This document shows, in pieces, positions 55,876 through 64,000 of a stretch of 64,000 bases of DNA. Made by a program: the position numbers and the translations under genes. A model generated the notes under the pieces. It was not told the origin of the DNA and searched no databases. It saw only the letters and a list, made by a program, of their open reading frames with translations. Source of the DNA: Deltaproteobacteria bacterium (GTDB taxonomy: Bacteria; Myxococcota_A; UBA9160; SMWR01); NCBI GenBank assembly GCA_032128115.1, contig JAQBHB010000093.1:160001-224000 (forward strand). The letters are read 5' to 3'. How positions within the stretch are numbered: the stretch's first letter is position 1; each line of letters begins with the position of its first letter.

Positions 55876-57617
55876 TCGCCGGGCTCGAGGTGCATGGCCT
55901 TGAACACGTCGAGGCCCGGCGCCCACAGGTGGGTCACCGGATCGACGTCCACGTGCACCACGGAGGGGAGGCCGCTGGCGACGCAGCGCTCGAGGGCCGG
56001 CCGAAGATCGCGGGCCCGCGACACGCGTTCACCGTGGGCTCCCATGGCGCGGGCAACCTGATCGAACCGGATCTCATGGAAATCCGTCCCGAGGTTGGTG
56101 CCCGGCGGCAGCACGCGCTCCCGGCCCATGGTTTCGGCGTCGAGAGCCATCGACTGGCTGAACTTCACCATGCCCCACTGCCGGTCGCAGAGAACGAGGA
56201 AGACGACGGGCAGCTCGTGGCGCACGGCCGTCTCGAGCTCCTGGACATGGAAGCCCATCGCCCCATCGCCCACGATCGCGTAGACCTGCCGGCCGGGGCA
56301 GGCGACCTGTGCGCCCAGGGCCTGGCCGAGACCGGCCCCGAGCATCCCGAACTTGAAGGTGCTGAGCAGGCTGCCGGGCGTGCGGTTCTCGTGGTAGAGA
56401 TTGGCCCACACGGCGGTATTGCCACCATCGATCACCAGCACGGCGTCGTCGTCGAAGAACTCGCGACAGACGAGCGGTACGAAGGCGGAATGGAGCGGCG
56501 AGGCGTCCTCGTCCCGGGCGGCGCTGCGCAGGAAGGTCCGCAGGTCGCCGGCGCGCTTCGCCCAGTCGTCGATTCGGCGTTGGCGCGCGGAGAGGTCTCC
56601 GGTCTCGACGGTCTTGAGCTCCGCAAGCAGGGCCTCGGCGAACAACCGGACGTCGGCGAGCACCGCCAGGTCCACCGACCGGTTCAGGCCCAGGATCTCC
56701 TCGTCGCAGTCGACCTGGATTACGCGCTGCACGTCGGGCGCGCCCCAGTAGGGAGGCTTCCCCCACCAGTCGGTCTCCCCGAAGCGGGTGCCCAGAGCGA
56801 GCACGACATCGGCCTGACGGCGGACCTCGTCGATGAGCGGTGGGAGCATGGGGATCTTGTTCGGGAGCCGCTCGTCGATGGCAGGCCTCCCGCCGAAGCT
56901 CGTGGTGATGGGAGCCCGCAGTGTGCGTGCCAGCTCCTCGACCGGCGCCGCCGCGTCGCCATGGATCACGCCGCTCCCCACCTGCAGCAGCGGCAGTTCG
57001 GCGTTGGCGAGAATCTCGGCGGCACGCCGCACCTGGTGCCCGGCCGGAGCCAACGGCTCGCAGCGGCGGTAGCGCGGCGGCTCGAGGATCGGCGGCGCGT
57101 GCTCGACCACGCCATTCAGCACGTCCTCTGTAACCGTCACGTGCACGGCCCCGGGTCGGCCCTGGAAGGAGATGCGGAAGGCCCGGTGCATGACCTCCGC
57201 GATGCGATCGGTACTCCGAGCGGAACCGCTCCACTTGGCCATGGGCCGCATCACGGCGACCTGGTCGAAGTACTGGTAGGTGCCCCCGCGGTCCGGGCCA
57301 ACGATGGGCGAGCGGCGCCAACTCGTGAGCACCAGTACCCGATTGCCCTCGCCGTTCTCGACGGCCACCCCCGGCAGGATGTTCGCGGCCCCCGGCCCGT
57401 TGCTGGCCATGCAGACGCCGATCCGACCGGTGAGCCGCGCATAGGCGCCCGCCATGTGGGCAGCACTGGACTCGTGGCGCGGGGACACCAGGCGAATGCC
57501 CTCCTGCCGGAGTCCTTCGCAAAGACCGAAGTACGAGCCGTCGACGATGCCGAAGACGACCTCGACCCTCTCGGCGCGGAGCATGCGCGCCACGATGTGC
57601 CCACCTGTGATGGCCAT
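55872..57617 (-). CDS. Thiamine-diphosphate-dependent enzyme (acetolactate synthase-like superfamily)
   Basis: RHESSAAHMAGAYARLTG, GPG, GMLGAG and GDGAMGF motifs; GGAGG before ATG 57617. Confidence 0.92.
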   Translation of the reverse strand: MAITGGHIVARMLRAERVEVVFGIVDGSYFGLCEGLRQEGIRLVSPRHESSAAHMAGAYARLTGRIGVCMASNGPGAANILPGVAVENGEGNRVLVLTSWRRSPIVGPDRGGTYQYFDQVAVMRPMAKWSGSARSTDRIAEVMHRAFRISFQGRPGAVHVTVTEDVLNGVVEHAPPILEPPRYRRCEPLAPAGHQVRRAAEILANAELPLLQVGSGVIHGDAAAPVEELARTLRAPITTSFGGRPAIDERLPNKIPMLPPLIDEVRRQADVVLALGTRFGETDWWGKPPYWGAPDVQRVIQVDCDEEILGLNRSVDLAVLADVRLFAEALLAELKTVETGDLSARQRRIDDWAKRAGDLRTFLRSAARDEDASPLHSAFVPLVCREFFDDDAVLVIDGGNTAVWANLYHENRTPGSLLSTFKFGMLGAGLGQALGAQVACPGRQVYAIVGDGAMGFHVQELETAVRHELPVVFLVLCDRQWGMVKFSQSMALDAETMGRERVLPPGTNLGTDFHEIRFDQVARAMGAHGERVSRARDLRPALERCVASGLPSVVHVDVDPVTHLWAPGLDVFKAMHLEPGE

Positions 57618-57946
57618 GGCGTTCCTCCAGAGGTGAGGCGCGGCGCCCCACGTCGGGCGCCAGTGCGCCACGCGGCGGGACAGCCTGCCCCTCCCAGATG
57701 GGCCGAGCGGGCCCTCATCCAATCCCCCGTCAGCGGGAGCAAGAATCGCGCCGGAACGGTGGCGATCAGCAGAGCGGCGGAGGGTTGGCGGATGACGACG
57801 ATCCAGGCCTCAGTGAGCCCAGACCACTGCAACTCATCGCTGCTACGATTCTCCACCCGATCGCGCTGCCAAGCGAATCGCGCGACCCGACGGCATGATG
57901 CTGGCGACGTGCCTGGCGCCGGCACCCTGCGAAACGGCGAGGCCAG

Positions 57947-59662
57947 GTGATGACGAACGTTAAGGGCTATCGGGTCGTGCGCGGACCGGACCGCATCGTG
58001 ACGAGCAAGCGGGGCTTCTGGCTACTGAAGAACCCGTCGACCAACAAGGATCTCGCGTTCACCCAGGAGGAACGCGATCGGCTCGGTCTGAACGCACTGC
58101 TGCCCCCGCGAATCTGCAGCATCGAAGAGCAGGTCGAGCTCGAGATGGAGCACCTCGCCGCCAAGAGCGACGCGCTCGAGAAGTACATCGGGCTGGCGGC
58201 TCTCCTGGAGCGCAACGAGGTCCTCTTCTACCGCGTGCTGGTGGAGCACCTGGCCGACCTGATGCCCATCGTCTACACGCCAACGGTGGGGCAGGCCTGT
58301 CAGAGCTACAGCCACATCCACCGCAACGTGCGTGGCATCTGGCTCACCCCCGACGACCTCGACGTCATTCCGGCGCGCCTGAGAGAGTATCCCTTCCAGG
58401 ACATCCGACTGATCGTGGCGACCGACAACGAGCGCATCCTCGGGCTGGGCGACCAGGGGGCCGGCGGGATGGGGATCCCGATTGGCAAGCTTGCACTCTA
58501 CGTGGCGGGTGCGGGCATCCATCCCTCGAAGGCGTTGCCGATCAGTCTCGATGTCGGAACCGATAACGCAGAGCTACTCGAGGACCCCTTCTACATCGGG
58601 TACCCGAAGCGCCGTCTGCGCGGGGAGGCCTATGCTGCGTTCATGGAGGCCTTCGTGGAGGGCGTTCGCGAGGTGTTCCCGAACGCGGTCCTCCAGTGGG
58701 AGGATTTCCACAAGCACCACGCCTTCGAGCTGCTCGCCAACTACCGCAAGCGCCTGCCATGCTTCAACGACGACATCCAGGGCACGGCGGCGGTCGTGGT
58801 CGCTGGGGTGCTCGCGGGTCTGCGTATCACCGGTCAGCCGCTTGCGGAGCAGCGCTTCGTCTACATGGGCGCCGGCGAGGCCTGCTCGGGGACCCGCGAC
58901 CTCCTCTGCGTCGCGATGCGCGCCGAGGGCGTGTCGGACGACGCGATCGCCCGCTCGCACCTGCTCTTCGACAGCAAGGGCCTGATTCGCGACGACGGCA
59001 GCGAGCGTGATCCCCACAAGGCCGCGCTGGCTGCAACGCGTTCGGTGTTGTCGCACTACGGCATCGATGCGCTCGCGGACCCGCGGCCAGAAGACGTGAT
59101 CCGGCTGATGAAGCCCACGGTGCTGATCGGTGCGACGGCACGGGCGGGTGCGTTCACCAGGGCAATGATCGAGGAGATGGCGAAGCACGTGGAACGACCG
59201 ATCATCTTCCCGCTCTCGAACCCGACGAGCAAGGCCGAGTGCACCCCGTCGGAGGCCCTCGAATGGAGCGGGGGCCGAGCCATCGTGGCGACGGGCAGCC
59301 CGTTCGCCGACGTCCACCACGAGGGTGTCCGCCACGTGATCGGACAGGCCAACAACGTCTTCGTGTTTCCGGGAGTCGGACTCGGCGTGATCCTGTCGGA
59401 GATGCGCGAGGTGCCCAACGGTGTCTTCCATGCCGCGGCGAAGGCCCTCGCCGCGAGCATCGACGACGAGCGGCTGAAACTCGGGGCGCTCTTCCCGGAC
59501 CAGTCCGAGTTGCGGGAAACCAGCGCGCGCGTGGCGGCCGCCGTGATCCGCCACGGCGGCGAGAATCACCTCGGCCGGCCCATCCCTGACGCCGAGGTCG
59601 AGGAGGTGGTGCGGGCGTCGATGTGGTTCCCAGACTACGTCCCAGCCGTTCCGCGGTCGTGA
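57947..59662 (+). CDS. maeA: NAD-dependent malic enzyme
   Basis: PIVYTPTVG, TDNERILGLGDQG, QWEDF, FNDDIQGT, PLSNPT and QANNVFVFPG motifs. Confidence 0.93.
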   Translation: MMTNVKGYRVVRGPDRIVTSKRGFWLLKNPSTNKDLAFTQEERDRLGLNALLPPRICSIEEQVELEMEHLAAKSDALEKYIGLAALLERNEVLFYRVLVEHLADLMPIVYTPTVGQACQSYSHIHRNVRGIWLTPDDLDVIPARLREYPFQDIRLIVATDNERILGLGDQGAGGMGIPIGKLALYVAGAGIHPSKALPISLDVGTDNAELLEDPFYIGYPKRRLRGEAYAAFMEAFVEGVREVFPNAVLQWEDFHKHHAFELLANYRKRLPCFNDDIQGTAAVVVAGVLAGLRITGQPLAEQRFVYMGAGEACSGTRDLLCVAMRAEGVSDDAIARSHLLFDSKGLIRDDGSERDPHKAALAATRSVLSHYGIDALADPRPEDVIRLMKPTVLIGATARAGAFTRAMIEEMAKHVERPIIFPLSNPTSKAECTPSEALEWSGGRAIVATGSPFADVHHEGVRHVIGQANNVFVFPGVGLGVILSEMREVPNGVFHAAAKALAASIDDERLKLGALFPDQSELRETSARVAAAVIRHGGENHLGRPIPDAEVEEVVRASMWFPDYVPAVPRS

Positions 59663-59675
59663 GGGACGCTCTGAC

Positions 59676-60812
59676 TCAGACCATCCGCTCCATCCGGCGG
59701 CGTCGGCCGCCCAGAGCCGAGATGCGCGCGCCCAGCTCGAGCTTGAGAAGTCCGTAGAGCGCGACGAGCAGGAAGATCAACAGGCCGGCCACGAGGGGAC
59801 GACTGTGCTCGCGTTTCTCGAAGACGAGCCCCGCTCCCACGGGCGGAACTTCCGTGGGATCGATGGGCAGCCCGTAGCGCTCGGCCAGCGCCACCACCTT
59901 CGACAGGTTGACCACGGGCACGCCATCCCCGAGGAATCGCATCATGACGCTGTCCACGCCGAGGCCCCGCGGATCGGGCCTGCGGTTGAGGCCCGGGCGG
60001 TAGAGGCGCTTCACGGACTTCGGGCCGGTCGACACCAGGGAGCCACCCACGTTGATGTAGGCCACGAAGCGGCGGCCAGCCGCATGCTCATTGTAGATCT
60101 CCATGCGTCGATCGATGCTCGCGACCGGGTCCTTCGCGTCGAGGAACGGGATCCCGTTGCGTTCGACCGCGTCGCGCAGGCGTTTCCGTCCCGAGGACGG
60201 AAGTCCGATGGCCCGATCCTGTGTGCCGCCCAGAGAGGCCGCCACGGACGCTCCGGGGATCAGCTCGGCCTCGACCAGGAGCTGCTCCATGTCGAGCCAG
60301 GTGAAGGCGGGGAGGTTGGCGCCGAAGCTCGAAGCTCCGACCCCCGCGATCGTCACGACCTCGAGCCCGAGCACGTCGGCGGCGGTCAGGGCCGCCAGGT
60401 TCAACGCCGGGAAGGAGCCCGACACTCCCACTGCCACCAGGTCGCCCTTTCTCACTCCGGCATCCATCAGGAGGTCGATCACCACAGCCGCCCAGTTGGG
60501 GTTCGCGGAGGTCCGCTTCGCCTCAAGGGAGCCGGTGCTCGTGGTCGTGGTGGAGTTCGCCAGCCCGATCATGCCCGAATCCGCGGGGTCCACCTCCCGG
60601 TCCACCGGGGCCACGTTGCGGACCCGGTGGATCCGCAGGGCCTCCATGCCGCGACCCATCCTGTTCGCCGCCTCCAGCTTCGCCTCGAAGTGTGGCTGGA
60701 CGTAGATCACCTGGAAGCGCTCGGCCGACAGGAGAGATGCAACGGCGATCATCGCCACCACCACGTGCACCAGGTTCGACACATGGGCCGGTCGCCAATA
60801 GAGCTTCTGCAC
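59676..60812 (-). CDS. pgsW: Poly-gamma-glutamate system protein PgsW
   Basis: GMIG..TTTSTGSLEAKRTSANPN, SGSFPALNLA and YINVGG motifs; follows pgsC. Confidence 0.85.
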   Translation of the reverse strand: MQKLYWRPAHVSNLVHVVVAMIAVASLLSAERFQVIYVQPHFEAKLEAANRMGRGMEALRIHRVRNVAPVDREVDPADSGMIGLANSTTTTSTGSLEAKRTSANPNWAAVVIDLLMDAGVRKGDLVAVGVSGSFPALNLAALTAADVLGLEVVTIAGVGASSFGANLPAFTWLDMEQLLVEAELIPGASVAASLGGTQDRAIGLPSSGRKRLRDAVERNGIPFLDAKDPVASIDRRMEIYNEHAAGRRFVAYINVGGSLVSTGPKSVKRLYRPGLNRRPDPRGLGVDSVMMRFLGDGVPVVNLSKVVALAERYGLPIDPTEVPPVGAGLVFEKREHSRPLVAGLLIFLLVALYGLLKLELGARISALGGRRRRMERMV

Positions 60813-60814
60813 GC

Positions 60815-61261
60815 CTAGCCCCCCAGAATGAGCAGACCCGACAGACTGGTCAGGATGCTCGCTGTGATGGCGGAGCTCAAGGTCACCACGATTCCCTGCC
60901 GGTCCATCCAGATCGCCAGCAGCCCGGGAACGATCTGGCCGATCACGTCGATCTCGAAGGGGCCGATGGGCGTGCCGACGCCGAGCCCGATGCGGACGAG
61001 GGAGCCCAGCAGGAAGCTGATCAGGAGCATCAGGACCGTGCGGCGCCGGCCGTAGATGATCATCACCGTTGCCAGTACCCGCACCACGAAGAAGGTCAGC
61101 AGGCTGATCCCCAGGGTGAGGGCCATCACGACCGGATCGTCGATGCCAAGTGCGAGGTAGCCCGGCACGATGATGCCACCCGGGGCCACGCCGAAGACCT
61201 CCGCGTAGAGCAGGCTCACCGCGAGGCCGATGCCGATGTAGAGAACGTACGCGTCCGTCAA
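60815..61261 (-). CDS. pgsC: Poly-gamma-glutamate biosynthesis protein PgsC/CapC
   Basis: GVAPGGIIVPGYLAL, IIYGRRR and IGQIVPGLLA..DRQG motifs; TTGA overlap with pgsB. Confidence 0.92.
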   Translation of the reverse strand: MTDAYVLYIGIGLAVSLLYAEVFGVAPGGIIVPGYLALGIDDPVVMALTLGISLLTFFVVRVLATVMIIYGRRRTVLMLLISFLLGSLVRIGLGVGTPIGPFEIDVIGQIVPGLLAIWMDRQGIVVTLSSAITASILTSLSGLLILGG

Positions 61262-62469
61262 GCGGCGTCGGCCTCGGCGTCTTCGGGCAGACGCGCCCGG
61301 TTGCGGAAATATTGCAGCAGCTCGAAGCCGATGCCGGCGATGTTTCCGGCGCCCATCACGACAGCGGTCTGCCCACAGGCGCCCAGGATGTCCTCGAAGA
61401 CGACAGCCGGGCTCTCCCCCTCGAGCGGCTTCAGCAGTGTCGAGCTCAGCCCGGAAGCCACGGCGGTGCGGGCCAGGGGGTAGGTCCCCGTGCCCACCAG
61501 GAAGTAGTGGTCCGCGTGCACCCAGGTGGGAAGCGCCTCGCCCAGTTGGCGCGAGCGATCGGGTCGGTCGAGTCGGCAGTTGATCACCATGATGCGTGTC
61601 CGCACCCGGGGATGGCGCGCCAGGGTGAGGTTCCAGATTCTCTCCGTTGCGATGGGGTCGTTCGCGGCGAAGCCGTTCACGAACACGACCTTCCTCCCGA
61701 AGAAATCGAGCTCGTACTCGCTCAGGGCTCCTGCGTCGGGCGCCGCGCGGACCATCCCTTCCAGCGCCACGTCGCGTGCGATCCCGAGCCGCTCGGCTAC
61801 CGAGAGCGCCAGCGCCACGTTTTCTTTGTGCTCCAGATAGCTGAAACGCGCCATGTCCTCGTCGCTGATCTCCGCCACGGCATCGGCTCCGATGACGACG
61901 AGCTGGCTCCCGCGGTCGGCGCACGCCGTTTCGAACAGTGACAGATGCTCTTTCTCCGCGGTGAAGAGCGTTCCTCCCACTGGACAGGTACCCGCAAGCG
62001 CGAGAGCCACGTCGCGCCCGGTCGGTCCCATCACGTCCAGGTGGTCCGGCCAGGCATTGCAGATCACTCCGTGGGTCGAGCGAACCATCCTGAGCTCGCA
62101 CACGGACTGGAGCCGCGGCTGGAGCGCCATGCACTCGATCACGACCGCCTGGGCACCCTCGCGCGCCGCGATCGCCAGGATCCTGAGCTGCTCGATCACA
62201 TTCGTCATTCCGGGTCGATAGACGGGTAACTCGGTTCCGTCGGGCGCGATCAGTCGAGCCAGGGAACCGGTGGTCTTGGCGTACACGGTGAGGCCGTGGG
62301 CGCGCAGCGCCGCGGCGATGAGCCGGACGACGGACGACTTGCCCCGCGTCCCGTTCACGTGGATGCGGATCGGGATCGAGGTGATCTGCCGGACATGGGC
62401 CCGGTACTCGAAGGCGCCGAGCGCAAGGATCGCGACCACGAGTAGCGACAGGGCCAGCGGGATCGTCAC
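61258..62469 (-). CDS. pgsB: Poly-gamma-glutamate synthase PgsB/CapB (Mur-ligase-like)
   Basis: RIHVNGTRGKSSV, AKTTG, ECMALQP, DHLDVMGPT and NGFAANDP motifs. Confidence 0.93.
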   Translation of the reverse strand: MTIPLALSLLVVAILALGAFEYRAHVRQITSIPIRIHVNGTRGKSSVVRLIAAALRAHGLTVYAKTTGSLARLIAPDGTELPVYRPGMTNVIEQLRILAIAAREGAQAVVIECMALQPRLQSVCELRMVRSTHGVICNAWPDHLDVMGPTGRDVALALAGTCPVGGTLFTAEKEHLSLFETACADRGSQLVVIGADAVAEISDEDMARFSYLEHKENVALALSVAERLGIARDVALEGMVRAAPDAGALSEYELDFFGRKVVFVNGFAANDPIATERIWNLTLARHPRVRTRIMVINCRLDRPDRSRQLGEALPTWVHADHYFLVGTGTYPLARTAVASGLSSTLLKPLEGESPAVVFEDILGACGQTAVVMGAGNIAGIGFELLQYFRNRARLPEDAEADAA

Positions 62470-62545
62470 GCCCCTATGCTCGCACGAACCGGGATCGGGT
62501 ACCATTTGCATTCCTTGGGCAGGACGGACGGGTGCGCGGCGCGAC

Positions 62546-64000
62546 ATGATGCTCCGAAACGTTGGAAAACAGGCCGTGGGGTTGCGGAGTCTCGCCCTTC
62601 CGCTGGTGGCATGGTTGGCCATCACCCTGGCGGGTAGCGCCGGAGCCCAGGGAGGCGCCGGGCCCGCTCCTGCGGCTTCCGCGGGGGCCACCGCAACAGC
62701 CGAGGTCCAGGGCGAGATCGCGCGCCTCGAGGGGCTTCGCGCGGAGTGGGTGGCGCGCAGCGCCGAACTGGCGCAGGCGCGTCAGAGCGCTCCGGAGGTT
62801 CTGGCGGCAATCGATGCCGAGATCGCGAAGCTCGAGCGGCGCAAGGTCGCCCGCATCGACGCGGACCTCCCGCTCGGGGAACTCGAGACCGAGCTGATCG
62901 TCATCAAGCAGGACCTCATTCTCGCGCGCAAGGAGGCCTCGGCACTCGAGGCCGAGGCTGCGGGCCGCGCCGAACGCCGCAAGCAGATCCCGGAGCTGCT
63001 CGCGACCGCCAAGGAACGGCTGCTGGCTCTCGAAGGAGAGAGGCCCGCGCCGGCAGGCGAGCCCGGCCTCGTCGAGGCCCGGCAGCGACTCGCGCGGGTC
63101 CGGCGCGAGGCGATCCAGCACGAGATCGAGGCCTACGAGGAAGAGCTCCGCAGCTACGACGCCCGCGGCCAGCTGCTCGCGAGGCGCCGCGAACGGTCGG
63201 CCCTGGTCATGGCATCCCTCGAGAGGCAGAGCGAAGCGCTGAGGGGCGCCCTCGCCGGCCGGCGCCAGGGAGAAGCGGAGATCGCCGCGGAAGATGCCGA
63301 GCGCCTGCTCGAGTCCGCCGAGGCCATGCCGCCGGCTGTCCTGGAGATGATGCGAGGTCTCGCCGAGCAGAACCGGGAGCTCGCGCTCCGCCGCACGGGC
63401 GAGGACGGGCTGCTCCAGCGCATCGAGGACACGCGAAGCAAGCTCGACCGTGCGGAAGCGCAGGTCGCCACCCTCACAGCCGACCTCGAGCATCTGCGGC
63501 GCAACGTGGAAGCCGCAGGTCTGTCGGGCTCGGTGGGCCTGGTGCTCCGCAAAGCGAGATCCGACGCGCCCGACCTGGGCAAGTATCGCCGCTTCATTCG
63601 CATGCGGCGCGATCAGATCGGCGAGGTCCAGCTCCAGCAGATCGAGCTGGTCGACCGGAGGCAGGCCCTTGCGGACGTGGACGAGATCGTCGAAGAGAAG
63701 ATGGCCGCATTCGAATTCCTGTTCTCGCCCAGAGACCGCGTCGTCGTCGCTGCGCACTTGCGGCATCTCCTCGAGACGCAGCGCCGCTACCTCGATACCC
63801 TGATCGCCGACACCGAGACCTACTTCCAGGAGCTCGTCGACTTCAACGCCCGCCAGCGGGAACTCGTCAGCCGCACGGAATCCCTGCTGCGCTTCATCGA
63901 CGAACGCGTCCTCTGGATCCCCAGCGGCGAGGCGCTTCCGCCCACCCTGATGACCGACGCACGGGACGCGCTGGCCTGGCTGCTTGCGCCGCGCCTCTGG
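62546..64000 (+). CDS. MscK/KefA-like mechanosensitive channel, N-terminal periplasmic coiled-coil part (3' partial)
   Basis: Not in the ORF track (runs off the right edge). ATG 62546, signal peptide, long coiled coils, then LLRFIDERVLWIPS as in MscK-type proteins; the channel domain is not in the window. Confidence 0.75.
   Translation, partial: MMLRNVGKQAVGLRSLALPLVAWLAITLAGSAGAQGGAGPAPAASAGATATAEVQGEIARLEGLRAEWVARSAELAQARQSAPEVLAAIDAEIAKLERRKVARIDADLPLGELETELIVIKQDLILARKEASALEAEAAGRAERRKQIPELLATAKERLLALEGERPAPAGEPGLVEARQRLARVRREAIQHEIEAYEEELRSYDARGQLLARRRERSALVMASLERQSEALRGALAGRRQGEAEIAAEDAERLLESAEAMPPAVLEMMRGLAEQNRELALRRTGEDGLLQRIEDTRSKLDRAEAQVATLTADLEHLRRNVEAAGLSGSVGLVLRKARSDAPDLGKYRRFIRMRRDQIGEVQLQQIELVDRRQALADVDEIVEEKMAAFEFLFSPRDRVVVAAHLRHLLETQRRYLDTLIADTETYFQELVDFNARQRELVSRTESLLRFIDERVLWIPSGEALPPTLMTDARDALAWLLAPRLW

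Noticed and set aside
57620..57946. Possible small ORF or gene remnant between the ThDP enzyme and malic enzyme
   Set aside because: No convincing start, RBS or recognisable motif; treated as a divergent promoter region.
1..64000. Mobile elements, prophage, defence systems, rRNA or tRNA genes
   Set aside because: No transposase, integrase, phage, toxin-antitoxin or restriction motifs seen, and no intergenic segment resembled a stable RNA by eye.

Overview
High-GC, gene-dense bacterial chromosomal segment with about 52 intact CDS. I saw no rRNA, tRNA, CRISPR array, transposase or integrase. RND pumps with membrane fusion proteins, Tat/Sec periplasmic redox proteins, MscK and sigma-54-like promoters indicate a diderm. 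Many genes are nonetheless mycobacterial-like lipid/aromatic catabolism types (CYP130-like P450 plus Rv1255c-like TetR, TIGR03617-type F420 LLM oxidoreductase, WS/DGAT, sulfotransferase). A Myxococcota/Binatota-like lineage is my inference only. Main content: a TTQ amine dehydrogenase operon (B-E-D-A plus monoheme cytochrome c, no mauG), two RND efflux operons each preceded by a sigma-54-like motif, a cyclic-nucleotide-binding domain fused to a complete cytochrome P450, a molybdopterin oxidoreductase with a four-fold duplicated RBS/start, a Crp/Fnr locus with two matching TGA-N6-TCA boxes upstream of a hemerythrin gene and a radical SAM-desaturase pair, a GT-A/methyltransferase-like/ELM1 fusion with a second glycosyltransferase and an MMPL exporter, malic enzyme, pgsB-pgsC-pgsW and a partial mscK. 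Short tandem duplications recur at gene starts and stops, and there are three orphan domain fragments. Family calls come from motifs recognised by eye, and many start codons were re-assigned from the ORF track using RBS and overlap evidence.
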